This document shows, in pieces, positions 1 to 12,576 of a stretch of DNA of 64,000 nt. The stretch covers positions 117,304,001 to 117,368,000 of the forward strand of contig OZ024741.1 in NCBI GenBank assembly GCA_964016885.1. The letters run 5' to 3'. The number at the start of each line of letters is the position of its first letter. Position 1 is the first letter of the stretch. Origin of the DNA: Eledone cirrhosa. Lineage: Eukaryota. The notes below the pieces were generated by a model, which saw only the letters and a program-made list of their open reading frames with translations, was not told where the DNA came from and searched no databases. The position numbers and the translations under genes were made by a program.

Positions 1-59
1 TGAAAGGCAAAGTCAACCTCGGCGGGATTTGAACTCAGATCGTAAAGGGACGTAACTAT
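1..59 (-). mobile_element. tRNA-derived SINE family A, partial (window edge)
   Basis: Reverse complement of GATCTGAGTTCAAATCCCGCCGAGGTTGACTTTGCCTTTCA, a B-box-containing core shared with more than 10 copies in the window. Confidence 0.8.
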
Positions 60-66
60 ATATATA

Positions 67-156
<90 letters not shown>

Positions 157-439
157 CTGTTCGTGTGTAAACAAATGTACAAATACCAATACAGAAACAC
201 ACACATATTTGCTATTGAGACGGTAAAAGCTCAACCGTAAGTCAAAGAATCTCTATAATAATACCTACGTTCTGTGCATTAATTGTCAATGTGCTTAATT
301 AATTAATTAATTAATTAATTATACATAACAGAATGCATTGTACATAACCTAATGTTTATAAAACGTTTTCTTAAAGATTATACGTCTTGCTGAGATATGC
401 AAATATTTAGATGTCTCTGTGGCAGAAAGATGCTAGTAT

Positions 440-662
440 TATTCGGAAGGCGGTGGGTTAAGAGAGTCTTTAGAGCGTCAGACAAATGTTTAGCAGTATT
501 TGTTTCCACTCATTATGTTCAAAGCTCAAATCTTTGACGTTATCTTTGCCTGTCATTCTTCTGAGGTCGATAAAATGATGAAGTGGTCAAATACTGGGAT
601 TGATATAATCGATGTTACATTTGCTCAAAATTGCTGGGTTTGTTCCAAAAGTAGAAACCACT
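440..662 (+). mobile_element. diverged SINE family A-related copy
   Basis: Degenerate matches to ctttgcc-tcattctt-gaggtcgataaaat and ttgctgg..ccaaaagtagaaac. Confidence 0.55.
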
Positions 663-1270
663 ATTCTGGAAATTCATTAAAAAAACAAAACAATAAAACA
701 ACAACAACAACAACAACAAAAACAACTGAACTATAATTTCTGCTCATGTATATAGTCTCAGAAATTGGAGCCACGAGCTTATAGCTCTTTTAAACCGTGC
801 CGGAAAGCTTTCAAACCTAGAACAGCTAAAATATATTTTAATGATGTATAGCTTTACTTGTGGATAACGTGTATTTGTAAATGCATTTTCTTCACTTGTC
901 AACTGATTTGCTGATAATAAGCTCTGTCGCTAGATATAACTTAAACTGTATAAATACATCTTTCCTTTAAAAATATAGTTTTCCTATGTATAGCCTCATT
1001 ATAAATGAAGCTTTAGGTGAGTAGTTTGTATATAAATACCTGCATCCGAAGATTATAGCGAACAAGGGAAGCCACTTCACAATCATCGGATCGGATGATA
1101 AAAATTCGATCAATAGTGTTCCCCATAACTGTGAAAGTGGAAGAAGTTCGGAGAACATTCGCAGCTATGGTAATTGGTCCGCTTGTAAAATTCCCGGCAA
1201 TACAAACCAGCTAGCACAGTTATTTCAAGATACCGGAAGAACATTTGTACCGATATATTCTTAAAGATAT

Positions 1271-1371
1271 AGTTTCTACTTTTGGCACAAGGCCAGCGAT
1301 TACCCCAGTGCACCACTGGTACTTTATATTTATCGACTTCGTAAGGATGAAAGGCAAAGTTAACCTCGACG
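1271..1371 (-). mobile_element. 5'-truncated SINE family A with 19-bp TSD
   Basis: Family A 3' half flanked by the direct repeat GATATATTCTTAAAGATAT (1252-1270, 1372-1390). Confidence 0.85.
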
Positions 1372-2839
1372 GATATATTCTTAAAGATATGACATTACAT
1401 TGGAAAATTGTGCAGGATAACGTTCCATGTCATTTTGCAATGTCGTTCAAACATTAGAAAAATGAAAAGATATAGTATGTCATAGTTTAGTCAGCTCAGT
1501 ATCCGGACGTAAATCATATTAAAATATGTGAGGTTGAGAGGCATTTGATTAATATATAATGATATAATATAAACAAAAGGTTAATAGTAAGGCAACGAGG
1601 AGAAACAGAGACTCTGGAAAAGCGAACTTAAAATGCCTTAACATATCCTACAAAAAAATTGAATCATGTGCAGCAGGTAGAGTGGGCTGGAGAAATACCA
1701 TTTAGAATGGAGTTAAAGTATTTGAAATGAAGAGGGTAAAACATGCAGAACTGAAAAGAAAAGTGCCGAAGAACGAGACCAACAATAATAATGATGAATC
1801 TTATCCAGCGTTGGTTTTCAAATCCCCTTGCGCCCTAAAGTCTGCCTTTTGAACGCTGGCTTGAAGTCACACCAACGAGCACGTGATGGTAAAGTCCAAG
1901 TTGATTATTCAAAATCCGTTGCAAAGAATCAGTTCTAGTGCCGTGTTTGTTAGAAAATTTGCAAATCAGATGGTGTATTAAAGCGACATCTGAAGATACA
2001 CAATAAACAAACTCAAAGTAGAAACAAGAACGAAATGAGACATCAGGAAGGAACAGATATAAAGTGTAAGTAGTCAAGCTTTGAATAAAGCAGACGACCT
2101 TCATCTCATCTTCAAAGTGTGGTGTTGTTTTCTCAAAGAAATACCTTCATCTCATTGATCAGATATTACCTTAACATTGCAGTACCAAGTCTATTGAATT
2201 TCTTAAGTCAGTTGTCCTTGATACAGGTCAGTCTGTAGAGTTGTTTTTAACAACCAACTATAATAACTGTATATACCTAGAAAATAGGGGTGTTCTGGTC
2301 TAGGTGACCTAATTGACCTTAGTGGCAGTAGTGTAAACAGGTCACTACTACCATTCATTTTGCGGTAGTATTGTGGTTGTTAGTGAAGAATTCATGTATG
2401 TAACCAGATATGGGTTCATCTGGGAATGTGAATGCTTATCAATATTAAGAATCCTGATAGTAAGAGATGTTAGAATCAGAACTTTAGGTGTTAAAAATTA
2501 TAATCTATATTGTAAACATTTAATACACATATTTACGTACAGACTCACACACACACACAAATATATATATATATATATGCACACACACACACACACATAT
2601 ATCCATACATACACATACATCCATACATGAACATATATATGTATACACATATATATACATACACACGCAAGTACATACACACATACATAGACACATATGT
2701 ACCCTTTAGAGGGGTAAAAATAGAAATGATAGGTACGTCTTATTTACTTATCACTGTTAATACTGACTTTTATGTGCGAAAGGAATTAGGTTGGAAGTAG
2801 TTTGTCCTTCGGAAAACCGGATTACAGGGCGGGGGGGGG

Positions 2840-3016
2840 GGATCGTGAAGCCCTGTGATTGGAAATGTGGGGCGCATGGACACACACACACACAGACACA
2901 CACACACAAACACACACACTATATATATATACTATATATATATATATATATATATAGTGTGTGTGTGTGTGTGTGTCCATGCGCCTCACATTTCCAATCA
3001 CCGGGCTTCACGATCC
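2840..3016. repeat. fold-back element (about 45-bp arms plus CA/TG arms around a TA core)
   Basis: GGATCGTGAAGCCCTGTGATTGGAAATGTGGGGCGCATGGACAC mirrored by GTGTCCATGCGCCTCACATTTCCAATCACCGGGCTTCACGATCC. Confidence 0.8.
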
Positions 3017-3149
3017 ACCCCTGGTCTCTAAGGTGATACAACCTTATCGAGTTCTTTGCTGCATATTCCAGATTGCATATCGTTAGCTTGGCTACAGCCA
3101 GAGCTTCGATTTTACTGAACTTCCAGTTGTGTGTATATATATATATATA

Positions 3150-3362
3150 AACGATCGACTTTCGTCAAATCGGACCGAGGGAACAATGTTTCCGTTGGTC
3201 TTTCCAATTCTAATACTATCTATCGGTCGCAACTCCAGGTAGAAGGAGCAAGGTGAAATAAAGTGTCTTGCTCAAGGACATAACGCATCGCCTGGTCCAG
3301 GAATCGAACTCACAACCTTACGATTGCGAATCCAATTCTCTAACCACTCAGCCACACGCCTT
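3150..3362 (-). mobile_element. tRNA-derived SINE family B (CORE-like motif)
   Basis: Minus strand has A box GTGGCTGAGTGG, B box GAGTTCGATTCC and GTCCTTGAGCAAGACACTTTATTTC; homologous to 13370-13553. Confidence 0.85.
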
Positions 3363-3366
3363 CACT

Positions 3367-3515
3367 AAATACGACACCGAGACAGCTACAAAAGTATACT
3401 GAAAATTGATAATTATAAACGTACTTTCCAAATCAAAATTGAAAAGACGTGGTGTCGTTCATGGCTTTCCAATATTTAGAGTCGACTTCTGGTCATTATT
3501 GAAAGTCCTTCATCA
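3367..3515 (+). repeat. dispersed repeat, near-identical to 4781-4943
   Basis: AAATACGACACCGAGACAGCTACAAAAG...AAAGTCCTTCATCAACAC in both copies; inverted partial copy at about 4500-4560. Confidence 0.8.
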
Positions 3516-3601
<86 letters not shown>

Positions 3602-3607
<6 letters not shown>

Positions 3608-3823
3608 AGAAATGTTAGCTATCGCCGTATTTTGACTAAAGAAATTAAAGAAATTATTTAGCCTGATAGTGGGGTCAAGAACCCTCGGAGAAATGGAAAA
3701 AGATGAGTATTGACGTACATCACTGTCAGGCTAAATACATTCTTTAATTTCTTTAGTCAAAATACGGCGATAGCTAACATTTCTAATAATTTCAAATCCA
3801 ATCGCTGTTTCGAAAATATTCTT
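3602..3823. mobile_element. fold-back insertion within (TA)n
   Basis: About 70-bp inverted arms 3602-3671 and 3721-3790; TA repeats on both sides. Confidence 0.7.
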
Positions 3824-4196
3824 ACATATATATATATGTATATATATAAAGTGGCGGACTGGCCAGGTTGCGCAATAGCAAGTGAGCCCCAGGGGGCCCA
3901 CGGTAGCATTGCAAGAACCCACCGTAGCATTGCAGGGCCCACAGTAGTATTTTAGGGACCAATGCTTTGCTTTCAAAAAATACCTGAAATCTAAGAAAAA
4001 GAACAATTTAAAAAAAATAAATAAATAGAACAATTAAGCAAAGCATTTGGTCAACCAATTCCCCAGGGAATTACTAGAAACCAAAATATACGATAGTGCA
4101 AATAGCTGGAATGAGTGAATGTACATTCTATTAAATCTAAAGCTTAGTGTATTCATTCATGCATGCAAACATACATATATAGACACACACACACAA

Positions 4197-4261
<65 letters not shown>

Positions 4262-4942
4262 GCCAATCGTTGTAAGTTTGAATCTAACTGACATATAAAT
4301 AGGAATAAAGTAAGCCCAAATCACATTAGATTCAAATATCACAGAGAGAAATAAAGAAAGAAAGAGAGAGAGAGAGGGAGAGAGAAACATGGCTTACAGG
4401 TTAAAATGTAGTCTAGATAGATGAGAAACAAAATGAGGATGTAGTTTATGGAACACCCAAATGATTTAGAAGTCAACCTTAAGCTGGAGCAATACCATTA
4501 AGAAAGACATGAACGACACCACATCATTTTGTTTTGAAAATTTTGAAAGTAGGTTTATAAGTATGAATTTTCACAAGATTTTCGTAGTTGCCTCTGGGGC
4601 CTAGCGGTAGGTGCTAGAGACAGTGGAGAGCCTGGCCTTCGGTTCTATTCAGGTCGTGAGATACATGTAACCTTTTTTCATTTTTTATTTTACAACTTAT
4701 AGAAAAAAAACTGAAAAGGTTTACTGCTTCTGACCAGGATCGAACTTCAGACCACGATCTCCAACGTTTATGATTCCTCCAAATACGACACCGAGACAGC
4801 TACAAAAGTATACTGAAAATTGATAATTATAAACCTACTTTCCAAATCAAAATTGAAAAGATGTGGTGTCGTTCATGGCTTTCCTAGTGCTGTTAGCAAT
4901 ATTTAGAGTCGACTTCTGGTCATTATTGAAAGTCCTTCATCA

Positions 4943-4974
<32 letters not shown>

Positions 4975-5079
4975 CTGTATATAGTGGTAGAACACTGGAA
5001 GGTAATATCCGTAGTAGTAGAGCACTCAGTCCATGGGACGAGTTAGGTAGAAGTGGTTATACAACAGTTAGTTCACCAT

Positions 5080-5120
5080 ACCGAAAACAATTGTTTCACC
5101 TTAGCGACTCCTCAGCTCGT
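5080..5120 (-). ncRNA. type I hammerhead-like motif (degenerate stems)
   Basis: Minus strand: acgag CTGAGGA gtcgctaaggt GAAA caattg TT ttcggt. Confidence 0.55.
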
Positions 5121-5437
5121 AATGCACATGGTTATACGGGACAGGAAGGACAACCGTACGAACGCGCATGCGCAGAAACGATCACTTCACACAGGCAATA
5201 CTAAATTGCGTGCGAGAGGTGTAAGGGAGATAACTGCGAAAGTCCGAAAGTTTCTAGTTGATAAGAAAATTAGGATGTTGTTGTAATTCAATCCGGAGCT
5301 TTGTAGTTATAGAAGAGGTGTTTCCAGACGTGTGGACAACGTATGAAGAATTCATTTTTCGTGTTTAGGCAATCACTATTGCGTAATCTCCTTAGAATAT
5401 TTATTCATCCTTCCTGTTCCGTATAACCATGTCCATT

Positions 5438-5478
5438 ACGAGCTGAGGATCCGCTAAGGTGAAACAATTGTTATCGGT
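5438..5478 (+). ncRNA. type I hammerhead-like motif (degenerate stems)
   Basis: acgag CTGAGGA tccgctaaggt GAAA caattg TT atcggt; palindromic stem III CAATTG. Confidence 0.55.
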
Positions 5479-5514
5479 ATGGTGAACTAACTGTTGTGTA
5501 ACTACTTCTATATA

Positions 5515-6125
5515 TCTGTATATATATAAAATTAAGTATGTGTGTATTACCTATAGGGACCTACATCTTACGACCGATTTTCATGAAACTTTACAGGCTC
5601 ATAGATTAGTCATCGGGGAGTGTTTTCCATATATCAGCGTATCGTTTTTTTTTTTATTCCGGGGTCATCCTGCAGATAAAAATCGATAGGAGGTCACCTT
5701 TTTTAGGTATCGAAAATAAGATTTTTGGCTCTAGCTCCCACATTTTGCCACCGATTTCGTTCAAATTTTAAAGCAAAATAGAATTTATCATTGCACATCC
5801 TGTAAATCCTGTACTGGCTTTATATTTTGCATTTGTTGTTCAGGGACGGCGTGGCAGACGCTTAAATATTCAAAAATACAACTTTTAGACTTAAATTTCC
5901 ACTTTTTCGGCTCTAGCTCCCACATTAATCAACCTACTTTGTTCAAATTTTGCACTACGCTAGATCTGATTATTTTACGTCTTAAAGTGGCTTTACATTT
6001 TGGATCTTTTGTTCAGAAACGGCGTGGCAGCCGCTTAAATATTCGAAAATACCACCTTTTCGCTCAAATTTCCGCCTTTTCGGCTCTAGCTCGCACATTT
6101 TTCAACCGATTTTGTTCAAATTCGA
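5515..6125 (+). mobile_element. possible non-autonomous Helitron-like element with internal ~180-bp repeats
   Basis: Starts TCTGTATATATATAAAA, like the 5' end of the Helitron at 19355-20268; three degenerate copies of TTTCGGCTCTAGCTCCCACATT..CCGATTT.GTTCAAATTT; no clear 3' CTAG end. Confidence 0.4.
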
Positions 6126-6566
6126 AACTCTCTCCCCCAGTCTGCCCCTTCGTCAGTCACCCTCGTTTCTCAGTGATTAGGTCATCACCATCCTCCCTCG
6201 CATGGCCTGTGTGTGGCCATAGATGAGTCATCGAGTAGCAGTCGACGGGATTTCAACTCAGACCATATATCTATATGTGTGTGTGAGTGTGTGTGTTTAT
6301 GAGTGTGTAAATGAAAGAGAGAGGGGGAGGAAATATCGACAGTATGTCTACTAGACGAGACAAGTTGTCTTGCCATAACAGACAATGAATGAATGTGATG
6401 GTGATTTGACTAGACAATCTAGTCACCAGGATTATCTTACGTTATATATAAATGGACATATACATTATTACATACATACACGCGGACATTCACACACTTA
6501 CAGACATATAATACATATATTTAGACACATATATATATATAATAAATAAATGTATATATACATATA

Positions 6567-6624
<58 letters not shown>

Positions 6625-6834
6625 ATAGAGATAGATAGATAGATAGATATAAATATATATATACATATATATATATATGTGTATATATGTATATATATAT
6701 ATATTTATATACGTATGTATATATATTTATATATCTATATACATATATATATTTATATATATACATATATATACATATATATATATACATATATATATAT
6801 ACATATACATATACATATATATATATATATATAT

Positions 6835-6961
<127 letters not shown>

Positions 6962-7303
6962 GGATCAAGTTGGCATCTATCGTTTTCGAGCAGCAACAGG
7001 CGAAACGTAAACGGAAGCAATCCACCCTCCTGCCACTTATAACTTCAGAAGAAAGTAAGAAAGTATTCGATGATGACATACAAATGTTGCGATGAGAAAC
7101 ACATGCTACATGAGCTCGTCATTATTACTATAGTTAATATAGTACTTTAGAACTCTGCAATCCAGACACTCTTCTAAGATATAACAACAAAGTTAATTTC
7201 CTGCACCTCGCCACTCTCCAATGTTTCTGGCGTTTGTTGACGCCATATTTTAATATTCGATTCGTTATGAGCCACTACAGACATGTGTGCTTCAGAGACA
7301 CAT

Positions 7304-7335
<32 letters not shown>

Positions 7336-7361
<26 letters not shown>

Positions 7362-9185
7362 ATCTCTAGTGATTTTAATCCGGCACTGATTCCTAGTGTT
7401 TTTAATCCGGCCTTAAAATGGAGGATTTTTTTAGCACCATTGAATTATTTCAGTAGAGCAAGTTTATAAGAGGCGATAGGTGGCGAATTGACCAGTCGTT
7501 AGAACGTTAAATAGAATGTTTTGTGCTATATGTTCTTTGTGTCTTTAATCCGGCACTGATCTCTAGTGTCTTTAATCCACTTGATAAGGAAGATATGTTT
7601 AGTACATTTCAATTATATCATTAAAGTTAGTTTATGATGAGAGGCGATAGGTGGCGGCACTGATAACTAGTGACTGTAATCCGACACTGATCTCTCGTGT
7701 ATTTAATCCGACACTGAACCCTGATATATTTATTCCGGCATTGATTTCTAGTGTTTTTTATCTGGCACTGATCTCTAATGTCTTTAATCCGGCACTGATC
7801 TCTAGTGTTTTTAATCCGGCACTCATCTCTAGTTTCTTTAATCCGGTACTACCATCTGTTATTTTTAATCCGAAACTGATTTCTAGTCATTGATCTCTAG
7901 TGTAATACGGCACTAATCTCAGGTGTCTTTAATCCAGCACAGATCCTTAGTGTCTTTAATTCGGCACTGATCTCTAGTGTCGTTAATCCGGCAGTTACTT
8001 CGTGTTTTTAATTCGGCACTGAACACTAGTGTATTTAATCCGACTTTAATATCTAGTATCTTTTATCCGGCACTGGTACCTAGAGTATTTAATCCGGCAC
8101 TGATCCTTCGTGTATTTTATCTGACAGTGAAACCTAGTATCTTTAATCCGATACTGATCACTATTATCCTTAATTAGGCACTGATCACTAGTATATTTAA
8201 TCCGTTATTTAACTCTGTTATTTTTTACCCGGCACTGAACCCTAATATTTTAAATCCGGCTCTTATCACCAGTATCTTTAATCCGGCAAAGATCTCTTGT
8301 GTTTTTAATCAGACACTGATATCTAGTGTTTTTAATCCGCCACTGATCCCTAGTTTATATAGTTCGGCACTTCTCCTTCTTTTAATTCGACACAGACCCG
8401 CAGTATCTTTAATCCGGCACTGATCCCTAGAGTCTTTAATCCGGCCTGAGAGATGATAGACGGTATAATACTGAGGAGATAAGATAGAAAGTAGAAGTTA
8501 GACCAGAGAAGATAGACTGTAGAAGATATTTTCTACAATCTACCGCCATCTATCATTTCACGTCTTTCTTTTACCGTCTAGTATGTTTAATCCGGCACAC
8601 ATCCCAATTATTTTAAATTCGGCACTGATCCTATTTTATTTAATCCGGCACTGATCTCTAGTATCTTTCTTTAATCCAACTCTGATCACCAGTATCTTTA
8701 ATCCGGCAAAGATCTCGTGTTTTTAATCTGGTACTGATCACTAGTTTATTTAATCCGACATTTCATTTTATTTTTAATCCAGCACTAGTATCTTTAATCC
8801 GACATTAATCTCTAGTACCTTTAATCCGGCACAGATATCTTGTGTTATTAATCTGGCACTGATATCTAGTATGTTTAATCCAGCACTGATCTTTAATTCA
8901 TTTAATTCGGCACACATCTCTATTATTTTGAATCCGGCATTAATCACTAATATCTTTAATCCGACAATGATCTCTAGTATCTTTAATCCGGCACTTAATT
9001 CAATTATTTTTAATCCGGCACTGATCCTAATATCTTTAACCCAGCAAAAATCTCTTCCGTTTTTAATAAGGCATTGATCCTGGTTTGTTTAATCCGGCAC
9101 TGATCCGTAGTGTCTCTAATCTGGCACTGATCATTAGTAACTTTAATCCGACACTAATCACTAGGATCTTTAATCCGGAACTAAT
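7336..9185 (+). repeat. interrupted ~27-bp minisatellite (TTTAATCCGGCACTGATCTCTAGTRTC)
   Basis: Degenerate tandem blocks at about 7336-7412, 7540-7578, 7655-8445 and 8580-9185. Confidence 0.9.
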
Positions 9186-9923
9186 CCCCCCACTAACCCC
9201 CTCCCCCCAACAAAACCCGAAAGGGGTGAAAATTATCACGTGGCTAGTGGTGAAGATAGAAGTGTTGTGAAGGGTAGACTGGTGATCAGTAAGTTCATTG
9301 CTATAAGAAGCAGTTAGTTACCGCTTAAATTTACTCAATCGTAAAGGAGTTAGAACAAAGTCATAAGGAACACATATATATTTAAACATAAGCATATTTA
9401 TATGAATATACATATATATATTTTATACATACATACATATATATATATACATACATATTATTATTATTATGCTTTATTGCACAGGTACCATTTGACTTTT
9501 ACTTTGAAGTTTATTATTAGTTGGTTCGTCAAAGTTCTTTCGTAACACATTCTGTGACTACCTCAAAGACTATTGTTTCTTCTGTGCCTCTTCTTCTTTC
9601 TGGTTTTATTTTGTTTACTCCATCTCGTCTTTCTATTGTCGTTTTCTTGCCTTATGTGCTTTTGTGTCTGCGCCTGAGTGTTTTGCTTTGTGTATATATG
9701 CATTGTGTGTGTGTGTTTGTATATTTCAATGTTTGAGCCTTCCTATTTTGTTTGCCTTATGTGTCCTATCCTGTCTTATATCGTTGGTTTGTTGGCTGGG
9801 GTTGTTACTATTCTATTTGAGTCTTCTGTTGAAGCTCGATCTACTTTATATTATGTGTGTGGTCTCCGTAATTTGTGTGAGTATTGTGTCGGTTGTATAT
9901 GTGGATAAGATCTTAATTTTTAT

Positions 9924-9966
9924 GTTATCTATTGATGATGTGATAATCCCAAACGCATAAAATAAC
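9924..9966 (+). ncRNA. decayed hammerhead-like motif
   Basis: gttatcta TTGATGA tgtgataatccc AAA cgca TA aaataac; core mutated, stems partly retained. Confidence 0.3.
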
Positions 9967-10066
9967 TGCAACAGCAATCTGTCGCTATAACAATAGTTTA
10001 GAAAATCGGGTAAATTACTCCTAGAGACCGAAAGAATGGCTAGTAACCACTAAGACGAATTGAACT

Positions 10067-10083
10067 CTGTTATCTTGAGAATA

Positions 10084-10133
<50 letters not shown>

Positions 10134-10150
10134 TATTCTCAAGATAACAG
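10067..10150. repeat. palindrome with (TA)n centre
   Basis: CTGTTATCTTGAGAATACCA-(TA)n-TGGTATTCTCAAGATAACAG. Confidence 0.85.
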
Positions 10151-10158
10151 ATATATAT

Positions 10159-10233
<75 letters not shown>

Positions 10234-10879
10234 CGTGTGTGTGTGTGTACGTACATATATGTATATATACACATATATATAATATATATGAGTGTGTAGC
10301 CACGTGCATCCTAAAAAATAATTATAGTGATATATAAATATTTGTATATATGCGCTTCATATAATTTTTTTCTCTTTCTCATATATTTTATACATATATG
10401 CCTTTATACATACATACATACATACATGCACATTTAAATACACACACACTTAAACATATGTTGCTTAACATTGTTAAGCTCCATTGGGAAAATCTTTGCG
10501 AGGCTTCCCCAATTCCTTCTGTGATTGCTTTTACAGAAGCTGTTATTCTGAATAGCACGTGACTGGCACGTGTAGAATATATATTATTATATAACACAGA
10601 TGGTATTGATGGTATCATAAAGAAGCCATTGGCTGTAGAATACAATATAACGATACCCATCACAGTTTCTCGTTTAAGTTGCTTCTCAATTTCAAATCTC
10701 CTGAGTTTTCTGTAATCAGTAAAAATCCAATTGCGGGTGATTTACCAGTAAAAATCTTCACCAGTAAAAATCATCCACATACACACATACACACATGACT
10801 AGGTCACATTTATACAGGTTTTAGTCCATAGGCTTTTTCTCGACTGTCTGAATGATAGGGTCTCTAATCCTGTCCTACA

Positions 10880-11372
10880 ATCACATATGTATGTTGCTAC
10901 AACTCACACCTATATGCAGGTTTAACTAGCTTCCTACGAAACTGCATCTCATGGGAGGTTTCATGATGGAGGCTCCAGTCCTATCAGACACACACATATC
11001 TATGTTGCTGTTACAGCTCGCACGTATCTGCAGGTTCAGCTGGTCTTATACAAGGTTGCATCTCACGAATGGTTTTTTTTATGTTTTAATGATAGAGACC
11101 CCAGTTCTATCATGTTGCTTTGTTACAGCTCCCACTTATAGGTCAGTTGGCCTCCCACGCGGTTGCTTCTCATGAATGGCTTTTTTTATACTTTAGTGAT
11201 ATGGGTCCCAGTCTTATAATGTTGTTTTGTTTCAGCTTGCAGGTTCAGCTGGCCTACTATGAAGTTGTATCTAAAATATGGTTTCTTTGATCTTTTAATT
11301 ATATCATGTTGTTGTAACAACTCGCACTCATATTCAGGTTCTGCTGGCCTCCTTTGAAACTGTATCTTATGC
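10880..11372 (+). repeat. old degenerate tandem repeat (~100-120-bp unit)
   Basis: Recurring atgttg..acagctc..caggttcagctggcct...tgcatctca motifs. Confidence 0.55.
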
Positions 11373-11664
11373 TGTAATGTTTCTAGGGTGAAATGAAAGG
11401 TCTCGGTCAAGAAAACATAGCACCACCCGGTACATGTATCGAGCCAATAACTTTATTTATAATCCCGAGAACAACAACTAAACTATTGATCTGCGATGGT
11501 TATTAAATCATTTCAACTTCACCATTAAGTACGATTATTTTACCATCAGAGATAATATTCAACTGTGACCGATAAATAACAGTAATTTCGAACTGTTTAC
11601 GTTCTGTAAAACCAGTATTAGCGATGTTTTACAGGGAGTTGTATATAATTATGCTAGTATTGAA

Positions 11665-11938
11665 AGCGTGAGTTCGGTTAATGATCATAAAGTAGTGAGT
11701 TCGATTTCTGAAGGTGCGTTCTATGCTTCAGCAAAACACGTTTCTATCACGCTGCCTCAGTTCAACAAGCTGGTAAATGTGAATGTTACCTGTAAATTCA
11801 AAGGGCTGACCTTGTAATATTGTGTCAAGCTGAATCTCGCTAAGAACTCCGTTACCTGTCGGTGGAATGATCGAGAACTTCACGAGCAAGCTCTGCAATT
11901 GTTCGACCAACTAGATCACTCATTATCGGAAACGACAG
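11665..11938 (+). mobile_element. diverged SINE family B-related copy
   Basis: gtgagttcgattt, acctgtaaattcaaagggc, ctgaatctc motifs shared with the 14691, 17280 and 32590 copies. Confidence 0.5.
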
Positions 11939-11958
11939 ATGACTAACATACACACATG

Positions 11959-12035
<77 letters not shown>

Positions 12036-12520
12036 GTATGTATGGAAATTTTTCTATTTCAAAAAGTGCAGTTATATCTATATTAAACTTAAATCTAATA
12101 TACGCTAAGTACTATCATACACACACACACCCATATATGTATGTATATATGTGTATATATATATATCTATATATATATATATTTTTTTTTGCTTACATAG
12201 AGATACATATATATGACTATGTTTTGTGTGTGTGTGCAGAACATAATATACATGCAGCACTCCTCAGTTCCAAGTAGGAGGTTAGGATATAACTCACATC
12301 ACTTTTCCTGTTTGTAAAATATTTTACCTAATGTTTATATTTTATATACACACTCTACACACATTTAAGTCACTTTTGGAACATTGCCAACACATTTAGC
12401 CTACATATTTATAAACAACATTTTAGTATATTTTCATATTTTCCTCCCGCTCATTTTTTTAAATTCAAACATTTAATCATTGCTAAAATCAACAATAATA
12501 ATACGCCATTTTGCTCACAA

Positions 12521-12576
<56 letters not shown>

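Larger units (their letters stand above)
4982..5510. mobile_element. fold-back element with a hammerhead motif in each arm
   Basis: Inverted arms 5048-5150 and 5408-5510; TA-rich flanks. Confidence 0.75.

Noticed and set aside
1990-2040. CTGAAGA...GAAA spacing
   Set aside because: No stem III/UH or stem I; chance match
8471-8500. CTGAGGA...GAAA spacing
   Set aside because: Stems I-III cannot be formed
7336-9185. CRISPR-like appearance of the recurring TTTAATCCGGCACTGA
   Set aside because: Intervening sequence is degenerate repeat rather than unique spacers; eukaryotic context with no cas genes
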